Source: Squalus acanthias
Lineage: Eukaryota
DNA: 64,000 nt
Direction: 5' to 3'
Assembly: GCA_030390025.1 (NCBI GenBank)
Contig: CM059432.1
Location: forward strand, 35,590,001-35,654,000
Shown here: piece by piece, positions 13,232 through 23,599 of the stretch
How the letters are laid out: each line of letters opens with the position of its first letter
Numbering within the stretch: position 1 is the stretch's first letter
The notes under the pieces: generated by a model
What the model was told of the DNA's origin: nothing
The model's database searches: none
Seen by the model: only the letters and a program-made list of their open reading frames with translations
Position numbers and translations under genes: made by a program

Positions 13232-13850
13232 CCTTAGCACACTTGTTTGAGATCCAACCTTCTCACCCTCTAATTGAATATGGAATTCAACCATGTTATG
13301 GTCACTCATTCCAAGGGGATCCTTTACTAGGACATTTTTAATTAATCCTGTCTCGTTACACAGGACCAGATGTAAGGTTGCTTGCCCCCTGGTCGGTTCA
13401 GTTACATACTGCTCAAGAAACCCATCCCTAATACACTCAATGAACTCATCCTCAAGGCAGCCCTGCCCAATTTGATTTGTCCAATTAATATGATAATTAA
13501 AATCCCCCATAATTAAAGATGTTCCCTTATTACAAGCCTCAACTATTTCCTGATTGATACTCCATCCAGCAGAGTTGCAACTGTTCGGAGGCCTATAGAC
13601 TACGCCCACTAATGTTTTTTTCCCCTTATTATTCCTTATCTCCACCCAAACTGTTTCATTATCCTGATCTTTTGACCCAATATCATTTCTCTGTATTACA
13701 GTGATTCCTTCCTTTATTAACATAGCCACCCCACCTCCCCTTCCTTCCTGCCTGTCCTTCCTGATCGTTAAATAACCTGGTATGTTTAATTCCCAGGCAT
13801 TGTCACCCTGCAGCCATGTTTCTGAAATGGCCACAAGATCATACCCAAGT

Positions 13851-14237
13851 GGGCAACATGGTGGCATAGTGGTTAGCACAGGTGCCTCACAGCGCCAGGG
13901 ACCCGGGTTCGAATCTGACCTCGGGTGACTGTCTGTGTGGAGTTTGCACATTCTCCCCGTGTCTGCGTGGGTTTCCTCCGGGTGCTCCGGTTTCCTCCCA
14001 CAGTCCAAAAATGTGCGGGTTAGGTTGATTTGGCTATGATAAATTGACCCTTAGTGTTAGGGGGGGATTAAATATGTGGGGTTACGGGGGTAGGGTGGGA
14101 TATGTGTACTGTGGGGATTAAAGCAGGGACAGGGTACTGGATTTGGATGATCAGCCATGATCGTACTGAATGGTGGAGCAGGCTCGACGGGCCGAATGGC
14201 CTACTCCTGCTCCTAGATTCTATGTTTCTATGTTTCT
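13851..14237 (+). mobile_element. Full-length HE1-type V-SINE (tail-swapped variant)
   Basis: tRNA-like head (A box tggcatagtgg, B box ggttcgaatc), V domain gtgggtttcctccgggtgctccggtttcctcccaca, CR1 tail (ctatgttt)n. Confidence 0.88.
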
Positions 14238-14491
14238 ATATGTAGTTATTTGTGCCATTAACTCATCTATTTTGTTACGAATGCTACGTGCATTCAGATA
14301 GAGAACTTTCAAATATGTTTTGTGACACTTAGTTCCTGCTTTTGCCCTTTTTATTACTTTACCTTTTACTCCATACCTTCTGCCCCTTCCTGACACACTC
14401 TGGTTTTTAATTTCCCCACTGCTACCTAAGTCTATGACCTTCTCTGTTGTCATTTTTATTATTTGCTCTCTAGGAACCTCCCCCCCACTAG

Positions 14492-15445
14492 TTAGTTTAA
14501 AGCCCTCTCTACAGCCCTAGTTATATGATCCGCCAGGACTCTAGTCCCAGCACTGGCCAAGTGAAGCCCGTCCCAACGGAACAGCTCCCTCCTGCCCCAG
14601 TACTGGTGCCAGTGTCCCAGGAAGCAAAACCCATTTCTCCCACACCAGTCTTTGAGCCACTCATTTAACTCTCTAATTTTATTTATCCTAGCCAAATTTG
14701 CTCGTGGCTCAGGTAATAATCCAGAGATTATTACCCTTGAGGTTCTGTTTTTTAATTTGACCCCTAGCTGCTCATACTCCTTTAACAGAACCGGCTTCCT
14801 TGTCCTATCTACGTCGTTTGTACCAACATGGACCACGACAACTGGATTCACCCCCTCCCACTGCAAGTTTCTTTCCAGCCCAGAGGAGATGTCCTTAACC
14901 CTGGCACCGGGCAGGCAACACAGCCTACGGGACTCTCGCTCTCGGCTGCAGAGAACTCTATCTATCCCCCTAATAATACTATCCCCTACCACTACAACAT
15001 TTCTGTTTACTCCCCCCTCTTGAATGGCCCCCCGTTCCACAGTGCTGTGGCCAGGTTGCTCATCCTCCCTGCAGTCCCTGCTCTCGTCCCCACAGGGAGT
15101 AAGAACCTCGAACCTGTTGGACAAGAGCAAGGGCTGCGGCTCCTCCAACACTACCTCCTGGATCCCCGTACCTGCCTCACTTGTAGTCACACCGTCCTGT
15201 CCCTGACCATGGGCTACATCTGAATTAATTAACTTCATAGGTGTGACCACCTCCTGAAACACAAAGTCCAGGTACTTCTCCCCCACCCTGATGTGTCGCA
15301 GTGTCTGAAGCTCAGACTCCAGCTCATCAATACGGAGCTGGAGTTCCTGTAGCAGCAGACACTTGTCACAGATGTAATCACCATGAGCCTCAATGGGGTC
15401 CACCGGCTCCCACATCTCGCAACAGTAACACATCACCTGCTCCAT
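14492..15445 (-). CDS. CR1 ORF1p: zinc finger, coiled coil and SGNH esterase (317 aa, intact)
   Basis: CYCC...CDKC, LQLRIDELESELQTL zipper, GDSIIRG, HVGTND and DGLH blocks. Confidence 0.88.
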   Translation of the reverse strand: MEQVMCYCCEMWEPVDPIEAHGDYICDKCLLLQELQLRIDELESELQTLRHIRVGEKYLDFVFQEVVTPMKLINSDVAHGQGQDGVTTSEAGTGIQEVVLEEPQPLLLSNRFEVLTPCGDESRDCREDEQPGHSTVERGAIQEGGVNRNVVVVGDSIIRGIDRVLCSRERESRRLCCLPGARVKDISSGLERNLQWEGVNPVVVVHVGTNDVDRTRKPVLLKEYEQLGVKLKNRTSRVIISGLLPEPRANLARINKIRELNEWLKDWCGRNGFCFLGHWHQYWGRRELFRWDGLHLASAGTRVLADHITRAVERALN

Positions 15446-16604
15446 TCTATGTAATTAATAAAAAAATTTATTGTTAGTTATGGACACTCTCTGCCCGATT
15501 ATAGATGCTAGTATCCCCTCTAATTAATTGGATTTAAATTAAATCAATCCCTCTAAATTACACCAGTTAAATGGTTTACCAACAGTCACTCTCCACCAGA
15601 AAGGCCTTATTAACTACAACCCACAGAGTTTAAGTTTAAAAAGAGAGAAATACTCACCAACCAATTACTTACCTGCTTTCTGGTGACGTCACACCTCAAT
15701 TATTTTTACCTCTCTCCCTCCCTCCGAGTTCGGAGACTGGTCCCGCCTTACCTGGTCTCTGGAGCCTTTTAAACCCTCTGCCGCCGCCTCGCCTCACACA
15801 GGTCCGCCACCACACCAGGAAGCTGACAAAGGTGGAAAAAGGAAGGCACACCTCCCTCCCCAAATTCCCTCACTCACCAAACTCACAGCTTAGCACTCTG
15901 TTCCAAATCTACACTCTAGTCTCCCTTATTTATACTGCTGAGATTTTAAACAAGTGAGCTCTCTGGCAGTTACAGAACCAGATTAGACCAGTTAATTAAT
16001 TAATTACTATCACCTGCTCTCCAGCACAGAGCTTTCTTAGCCCTGCCCAAGCCTGGAAGAAACTTAAAACTTGAAACAGTAAATTTAAATGCTAATTGCA
16101 AGCACACAAAACGAGAATTTATAAAAATAAGAGATTAACCTTTAAGATTTACTCCCTCACTCACCAAACTCGCAGCTTAGCACTCTGTTCCAAATCTGCA
16201 CTCCCTTCCTAGTTCTTTTACTCTGTCTGGCGGTCACCCATTTCCTGTCTGCCTGTGCACTCTTTACCTGCGGTGTGACCACCTTATTAAACGTGCTATC
16301 CACGAAGATCTCTGCTGTCTCAGCCTCTAAGGGACCAATGCTTACTTTTGTGTCTCTCTTTCTTTTACATACTTGTAGAAGCTCTTACAATTTGTTTTTA
16401 TCTTTCTTGCTAATTTACTCTCATTCTATTTTCTCCCATTTTATCAATTTTTTGGTCATCACTTGCTGGTTTCTAAAGCTCTCCCAATCCTCAGGCTTAC
16501 TACTATTCTTTGCAACATTTTAAGCCTCTTTTAATCTAATACTATCCTTAACTTCTTTAGTTAGCCATGGATGGATCACTTTTCCACACTTTCCATATAT
16601 ATCC

Positions 16605-16917
16605 TCGTTCCATCTGATATTTGTAACCTCCTCCAGCCCTACAATCTTCTGAGAACTCTTTGTGCCTCCAACTCTGGCCTCTTCTGCATCCCCCACTTCC
16701 TTTGCTCCACCATTGGAGGCTGTGCCTTCAGCTCTGGAATTCCCTCCCTAAACCTCTCCACTTCTCTCTCCTCCTTTAAGACACTCTTTAAAACCTATCT
16801 CTGACCAAGCTTTTGGTTACCTGTCCCAATATCTCCTTCTTTAGCTTGGTGTCAATTTTTTTTCTTATTACACTCCTGTGAAGCGCATTGGGACATTTTA
16901 CTATGTTAAAGGGGCTA
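16605..16917 (+). mobile_element. L2 LINE 3' fragment; tail resumes at about 18035-18057
   Basis: Matches the 3' end of the L2 at 33665 (gggacattttactatgttaaagg...tataaatgcaa). Confidence 0.7.
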
Positions 16918-18034
16918 TAGAATCATAGAATGGTTACAGCATGGAAGAAGGCCATTCAGCCCGTCGAGCCCGTGCCGACTCTCAGCTCGTCCCACTCCCC
17001 TGCCCTTTCCCTGTAGCCCTGCAATTTTTTCCCTTCAAATACTTATCCAACTCCCTTTTGAAAGATAAGATTGAGTCTGCCTCCACCACCCTTTCAGGCA
17101 ATGCGTTCCAGATCTTAACCATTCGCTGTGTGAAAAAGTTTTTTCTTGCGTCGCCTTTGGTTCTTTTGCCAATCACCTTAAATCTGTGTCCTCTGGTTCT
17201 CGACCCTTCTGCCAATGGGAACAGTTTCTCTCTATCTACTCTGTCCAGACCCCTCATAATTTTGAACACCTCTATCAAATCTCCTCTCAATCTTCTCTGC
17301 TCTAAGGCAAACAACCCCAGCTTCTCCAGCCTATCAACATAACTGAAGTCCCTCATTCCTAGAATCATTCTTGTAAATCCTTTCTGCACCTTCTCTAAGG
17401 CCTTCACATCCTTCCTAAAGTGTGGTGCCCAGAATTGGACACAGTACTCCAGTTGGGGCCGGACCAGTGTTTTATACAGGTTCATCATAATTTCCACACT
17501 TTTGTATGTGAAGCCCAGGATCCCGTAAGCCTTTTAACTGCTTTCTCAACCTGCCCTGCCACCTTCAACGATTTGTGCACACATACCCCCAGGTCTCTCT
17601 GTTCGTGCACCCCCTTTAGGATTGTACCATTTAGTTTATATGTCCTCTCCTCATTCTTCCTACCAAAATGTATCACTTCACACTTTTCTGCATTAAATTT
17701 CATCTGTCCGCCCATTTCACCAGCCTGTCTTTGTCTTTCTGAAGTCTATCCCTCTCCTCCTCACTGTTCACTGTACTTCCAAGTTTTGTGTCATCTGCAA
17801 ATTTTGAAATTGTGCCCTGTACACCCACGTCCAAGTCATTAATATATATCAAGAAAAATAGTGGTCCTACAACCGACCCCTGGGGAACACCACTGTATAC
17901 CTTCCTCCTGTCCGAAAAACAACCGTTCACCACTACTCTGTTTCCTGTCATTTAGCCAATTTTGTATCCATGCTGCCACTGTCCCTTTTATTCCATGGGC
18001 TTCAACTTTGCTTGCAAGCCTATTATGTGGCACT
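16918..18034 (-). mobile_element. 5'-truncated CR1 LINE
   Basis: RT C-terminal ORFs 16982..18033; (atagaatc) tail; same subfamily as 59952-61147. Confidence 0.88.
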
Positions 18035-18161
18035 ATATAAATGCAAATTGTTGTTGTATAATTTATATAGTGTATATTATGGAGTGTGTGCTATAACGTA
18101 TATCTGTGACAATTTGTAATTAGTTACCTTTGGGACTGTCACCAGGCTGATTTAGTGTATA

Positions 18162-18286
18162 TAGCCACGATTTTAATGCTAGTCTCCTGGTGAGAATGGG
18201 GGCACATTTGGGTCAGACGCCTGACTTGCACCCTGTCATATTTTCAGCCTCATTCTCACAGGGCACATTAGGTTAAAATCGGGGTT
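18162..18286. mobile_element. Short palindromic MITE-like element
   Basis: agccacgattttaa / ttaaaatcggggtt ends; internal gtgagaatgggg / cctcattctcac; TA-rich flanks. Confidence 0.5.
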
Positions 18287-18532
18287 TATATATCAATGGT
18301 CTTTAGCTTAAATCACACTTAAATACATGTTGTCTCATTATAATTCTTGTGTGAGGTTCTTGATCGTTCACTTCACATCACTCCCACCCCTTCAGCAACT
18401 GAGCTGTAACCGCCTGTACTTCACCCCCAAAATGCTTTCTTCAGATGCCAACTTTGAAGAACAAAATCTAGAATACTAAGTGTTATACTACTGGGTGTTT
18501 TTCACAGTCCCCAATGAACTGTCTAATAAATA

Positions 18533-18710
18533 AGAAAGAAAGAAAGACTTGTATTTATATGGTGCCTTTGACGACCACCGGACGTCTCAAAGCGCTTTAC
18601 AGCCAATTAAGTACTTTTGGAGTGTAGTCACTGTTGTAATGTGGGAAACGCGGCAGCCAATTTGCTCACAGCAAGCTCCCACAAACAGCAATGTTATAAT
18701 GACCAAATAA
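18533..18710 (-). mobile_element. DeuSINE (SacSINE1-like) 3' fragment
   Basis: Reverse complement of the 3' end of 53114-53547. Confidence 0.75.
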
Positions 18711-19027
18711 GAGTCTATTGACATTGAGTCATTGAGTGCCATGAATTACATGAGTGTTGCTTTTGAGAAAGCCAATTGGCGAGTTGGATATGAGATAGAT
18801 AATGAGTCAAAACTCACTCATCTGTCTGAGGGAGTTTTTTGCCGTGTTACTCTGCAAAATACATGTAACAAAAAAAGACCATCGAATTTTCAGATTTTCT
18901 CAATCTTGAATGATCCCTGTTTTGAACTAGTTTCTAAATCGCTCCCAGCCACATTATGGGATATCATTTGCTTGTAATTACTATTCTTGCTGTCCAGTGT
19001 CCTTTTTCCAGACAGACCCAATGCAGC

Positions 19028-19386
19028 GACTTGAGCACGTAATATAAGCTGACATTTTAGTGCAGTATCAAGGGAGTGCTGCACTGTCGGAGGTGCTGTC
19101 TTTCGGATGAGATGGTAAATCGAGGCCCCATCTATCCTCTTGGGTGGAGGCAAAAGATCCATGACATTATTTCGAAGAAGAGCTGGGGTGTTCTCCCCGG
19201 TGTCCTGGGCAGTATTTATCCCTCAACCATCATCACTAAAACAGATTATCTGGTCATTATCTCATTGCTATATGTTTCCCTATATTGTAACAGTGACCAC
19301 ACTTCAAAAGTATTTAATTGGCTGCAATATGCTTTAGGATGTCCAGAGGTCATGAAAGGCACTATAAAATTGTAAGTCTTTCTTTT
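19028..19386 (+). mobile_element. DeuSINE (SacSINE1-like), 5'-truncated
   Basis: Deu core ggtgctgtctttcggatgagatggtaaatcgagg; tail ends in gtctttctttt. Confidence 0.82.
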
Positions 19387-19575
19387 AATTAATAACCTGC
19401 TGGTAGAATTACGGGGTTGTGATTGGTTTTGACCGTACAAGATTTTGTTTGTAGAAGGAGAAGAAACTATATGTTCCTATTTCTGGACAGTGATTTGTCC
19501 CTTACAATGTTCACACCTACTCAAATTACAATAAAGGGATTCATTTATCGGCTGCGTCAATCATTCTTCCAACAG

Positions 19576-19674
19576 GAGGTGTTCAAAGAGCGGATTGGTT
19601 ACTCTCATCTGTATGAAGTGCTGAAAAGCCAGGGGGAGCCGACGAATCGTCTCCTGCAGGAACTCATGAACATG
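19576..19674 (+). CDS. NBEAL2: NBEAL2 coding exon 2 ([33 protein letters not shown]), 99 nt
   Basis: ttccaacag acceptor, ATG|gtaagc donor; matches NBEAL2 [12 protein letters not shown]...RLLQELLNM. Confidence 0.95.
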
Positions 19675-20176
19675 GTAAGCAGAGCTGCGCACCCTATCCC
19701 AGTGGCTCGTGGGGGTAAAGGCACTGCCTAAGGTGGCAATAAGCCATACAGACCAGATCTTAGTTGTGCTACAGTTGGTATTAACGGCCTGCACTGAGGG
19801 GCAAAGGAAGACACTGGGGATCCCACTACTGACCAGTTTCCATTTTGATCTCGGGATGTGGGTGATGCTGGCAAGGCCGCCGTTTATTGTTCGTCCCTAG
19901 TTGCCCTGAGAAGGTGATGGTCGTGGGCGTTCTAGTATCAAGCTTTTTTTATGACTGAGTGGCTTTCCAACCACATTGGGCCCGATTTTCATCTTCTCCG
20001 CCAGTCGTGAATGGGTCAGTCACGCAATTCAATTAGCAGTGCGGCATCATGGCCTCATTCCTGTTGACGGAAAGGGCCGTCTGAACCAACTTGGAGTGCT
20101 GTTGTAATGATGACTTTAAGAAGACAGCCTCCAATCAGGAAACTTGCAACTCACAGTGGTTCCCTTCTGTCCACAG

Positions 20177-20751
20177 GCTATTGAAGATGAGAACGTGGCC
20201 TCCCTCACCACGATCAGCAATGAGCAGCCACTGTTGATCCTGGTGCAGTGGATTCCCGACATGGAATCTCGTGATCTACAGATCTTCGTCTCCGACTGGC
20301 TGAAGAAGGTGTGCAGCGCTACCCTGCGGACTCGCATGACCTGCGTGAAGGCCGGGATGCTCAGCACTGCACTGGCATCGTTGGGCTGCCACCCCCGGCT
20401 CGACAAGAAGTGTGGCGAGAACCTTATCGACCTGCTCCAGGCACTGGGTAGCCTCTCCATTCAACCCGGAGAACTTCGGCAGCTGATAAAACTGCTTCGG
20501 ACCGATGATGGCAAAGCGCACCCGTACTCTGCCCGTGTCATTCGGGCATTGTCAGCCATGGCGAGGAAGGACAGGTCCGAAAGTGTGCTGCAGTATTTTG
20601 ATCTGACTCCCAGTATGGCTGGAATAATGGTTCCCACCATTCAAAAGTGGCCAGGTAACGGTTTTGCCTTCCACGCGTGGCTCTGTCTAAATGAGGAGCG
20701 GGAGGACAGTTACTTATTCAGCAAGAGACCGAAACGGAAACAACTGTACAG
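20177..20751 (+). CDS. NBEAL2: NBEAL2 coding exon 3 (AIEDENV...YFDLTPSMAGIMVP...RKQLYS), 575 nt, ends phase 2
   Basis: ctgtccacag acceptor, AG|gtagga donor; lies in ORF 20144..20755; YFDLTPSMAGIMVP and GFAFHAWLCL match NBEAL2. Confidence 0.95.
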
Positions 20752-20922
20752 GTAGGAATTGTGAACTATAACTCACCTGTGCACATAAAAACTGTCAGCT
20801 ATTATCCACCTGTAGAGGTAAGAATTGTCAAATATCATCTGTCTGTCCAGGTCGGAATGGTCAAGCATCACCCACCTGTGCAGGGAAGAATTGCCAGGTA
20901 TTATCCACCTGTGCAGGGAATC
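20741..20922 (+). repeat. 33-bp minisatellite (about 5.5 units) starting inside exon 3
   Basis: Units start at 20741, 20774, 20807, 20840, 20873 and 20906; consensus cacctgtgcaggkargaattgtcarntatyatc. Confidence 0.85.
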
Positions 20923-20969
20923 AATCCATCCAACTACTTATCGGTGAAAAGTGTAACTGAAGAGAGATG

Positions 20970-21370
20970 GTGTGTGAAATAGCTTTATGCAGTTTTGATC
21001 CAGTTCCTCGAGAGTAATGGCCCTCAGCTTGGAACTGACACAATCTCAGCATTAAATGGCACTAAATTTAGAATCTCACAGCTCTATAAGTCACAGGATG
21101 GTGTGGGGAATGGAAAAATGTCAGACTGGTGCAGCTCTTCTGAAGTTGGGGCTGCGGCATGTTGTTAGGACATTGTAGAGAGATCTTTACTCTGTATCTA
21201 ACCCATGCTGTACATGTCCTGGGAGTGTTTGATGGGACAGTGTAGAGGGAGTTTTACTCTCTATCTAACCCGTGCTGTACCTGTCTGGGAGTGTTTGATT
21301 AGACAGTGTAGATAGAGCTTTACTCTGTATCTAACCCATGCTGTACCAGCCCTGGGAGTGTTTGATGGAC
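20970..21370 (+). mobile_element. LF-SINE-like element with a tandemly expanded ~65-bp 3' unit
   Basis: Similar to 3885-4230; three copies of gtgtagagggagctttactctgtatctaacccgtgctgtacctg...gtttgatgggaca; resumes at about 21868. Confidence 0.55.
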
Positions 21371-21867
21371 AAAATTGAGAGGTCGCACAACACCAGGTTA
21401 TAGTCCAACAGTTTTATTTGAAATCACAAGCTTTCGGAGCTATCGATTTGCTCCTTCCTCAGGTGAAGTAAATTAGATACAGAATCTCCAAAGCATATAT
21501 AGATGGAAAACAGAGCATGTGTACTTTACAATTGCAGACCAATAAATTAAATCATCCTGACTATCTGCCGAGGTGTGATAAAGTTAATTAAGTCAGCCAG
21601 GAAGGTACCACATCAAAGACATAGCAAGATACAACTGAGACAATGAGGTGTAGTCGCAGGGGTTCTAACGTGTCAAAAGCTGCCGTCTGTATGTAAAACG
21701 AAAAGCTTTAACATTTTTTTACTTTTTTACTGGGAAAATTTTTACTTTTTTACTGGGAATCACATCTGTGAACAAGCTAACGACGACTCGAGTCCGGATC
21801 ACGTCATGTATCGTGACATAAACCCAAGATCCCGATTGAGACCGTCTTCATGAGTGCGGAACTTGGC
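21371..21867 (-). mobile_element. Penelope-like element fragment with hammerhead motif
   Basis: Shares gtcgcacaacaccaggttatagtccaac...gaaatcacaagctttcggagc with 23398 and 37060; flanked by an agtgtttgatgg direct repeat; the right boundary is inferred. Confidence 0.65.
21424..21466 (-). ncRNA. Minimal type I hammerhead ribozyme motif
   Basis: Minus strand UCAC-CUGAGGA-A-GGAGC-(AAAUCGAUA)-GCUCC-GAAA-GC-UU-GUGA. Confidence 0.65.
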
Positions 21868-22184
21868 TAGTGTTTGATGGGACAGTGTAGAGGGAGTTCT
21901 ACTCTGCAGCGTCGCATTCATCAATGTGCTAGCGGTGGGAAGCTTCTCCCACCGGCAGTGCGCCCGTGATTTCTGAAATGGTCGATTGGAGAGGGGGGGG
22001 GCGGGGGGGGGAGAGTCGGCTGCCAGGCGGTTTTGTGCATTTAGAAAATTGTTCCTTACATCTGAGCTGCGCCGTGACAAATCTGGCTGTGCTTTACGTT
22101 GGAAAATCATTCCTGAAATAAGGAAACTGTCCACAAAATTCACAAAGAAGAAGGAATGTATAGAAGCAGCGGAAAGAGCGTTAA

Positions 22185-22598
<414 letters not shown>

Positions 22599-23397
22599 TG
22601 ATGGGCTGCCTTCTTGAACCACTAGTAGTGGTTTTGATTCAACTGAGTGTCTTGCTGGGTCACTTCAGAGGGCGGTTAAAAGTCAACCACGTTGGTGTGG
22701 GACTGAAGTCACATGTAGGCCCGACCAGGTAAGGACGGCAAGTTTCCTTCCCGACAGCACATTGTTCAGGTGATTCCCAATGCTGGATCGTAATTGTCGG
22801 CAGGCTTTTTGATTATACGGGCACTGGAGCTGTACTCAACCCTGTCCACAACCAACATCCACGCATGTGTACTTCTGGGTGATGGAGGGGGCTGGATTGA
22901 GATCCGGAGCAGGAACATTTCCTCCCTTATCACAAGAGTGCAGAGACCAGTTGTAGCAGCTACATTGTTACCTTAGTAAACCTAGAGCAGGCCGTGGACC
23001 TGAACCTGGGACCTGCGTTAACTGCGCGGCTGAGAGTCGATGGAGCAGATTTTAGCTTTCAGGTAGGGGCCAAGACGGAACACACCAGCCACCGATCGCT
23101 GCCAGCCGGGAGTGAAGAGGCCAGAGCCGTTTCGAGGTCTGGGCCTCATTTGCATAGAAACAACGAGCCGCCAGCCCCAAACAAACGGTCCCAATGTAGC
23201 TTGCCAGATTCGATTCCGGTGCAGTAACAGGCAGCCCGGAGGCCACTCAGCCGGCAGCGAGATAAGTTCTGGGTAATCATGGTGGGGGGGAGGGGGATTC
23301 CCAGGGTAGCAGCGGCTCAGATTCTTTATTAAGGGGCCCAGGGAAGCACATGCCTTTCTTGGGCTCCTCTGCTGCTGTTGCTGCCAACATTCTTGTT

Positions 23398-23599
23398 AGA
23401 AGTCGCACAACACTAGGTTATAGTCCAACAGTTTTATTTGAAATCACAAGCTTTCGGAGCTGCTGCCCCTTCGTCAGGTGAAGGGGCAGCAGCTCCGAAA
23501 GCTTGTGATTTCAAATAAAACTGTTGGACTATAACCTGGTGTTGTGCGACTTCTCACTTTTGTCCACCCCAGTCCAACACCGGCATCTCCACATCATGG
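23398..23599. mobile_element. Penelope-like short insertion with a 75-bp inverted repeat
   Basis: Arms 23398-23472 and 23480-23554 (1 mismatch); 13-bp TSD caacattcttgtt (23385-23397, 23600-23612). Confidence 0.8.
23444..23481 (-). ncRNA. Minimal type I hammerhead ribozyme motif
   Basis: Minus strand UCAC-CUGACGA-A-GGGGC-(AGCA)-GCUCC-GAAA-GC-UU-GUGA. Confidence 0.65.

Larger units (their letters stand above)
10731..16195 (-). mobile_element. Full-length CR1 LINE (element c) nested in ORF1 of element b
   Basis: 3' tail, broken ORF2, intact ORF1 and 5' UTR; approximate TSD ctgcactac (10722-10730) / ctgcactcc (16196-16204). Confidence 0.88.

Noticed and set aside
13851..13925. tRNA genes at 13851, 36490 and 53114
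   Set aside because: These are tRNA-derived SINE heads that run into V or Deu domains, with no complete cloverleaf.
13226..14008. 260-aa ORF as a novel fusion protein
   Set aside because: It is a chance in-frame join of antisense HE1 SINE sequence (MDCGRKPEHPEE...) to a CR1 endonuclease remnant.
19573..19578. CAGGAG tandem (NAGNAG) acceptor
   Set aside because: A distal GAG is rarely used and the Glu is part of the conserved EVFKERIGY motif.
20741..21370. Regularly spaced repeats as a CRISPR array
   Set aside because: The units are contiguous tandem copies with no unique spacers, the context is a vertebrate intron, and there are no cas genes.
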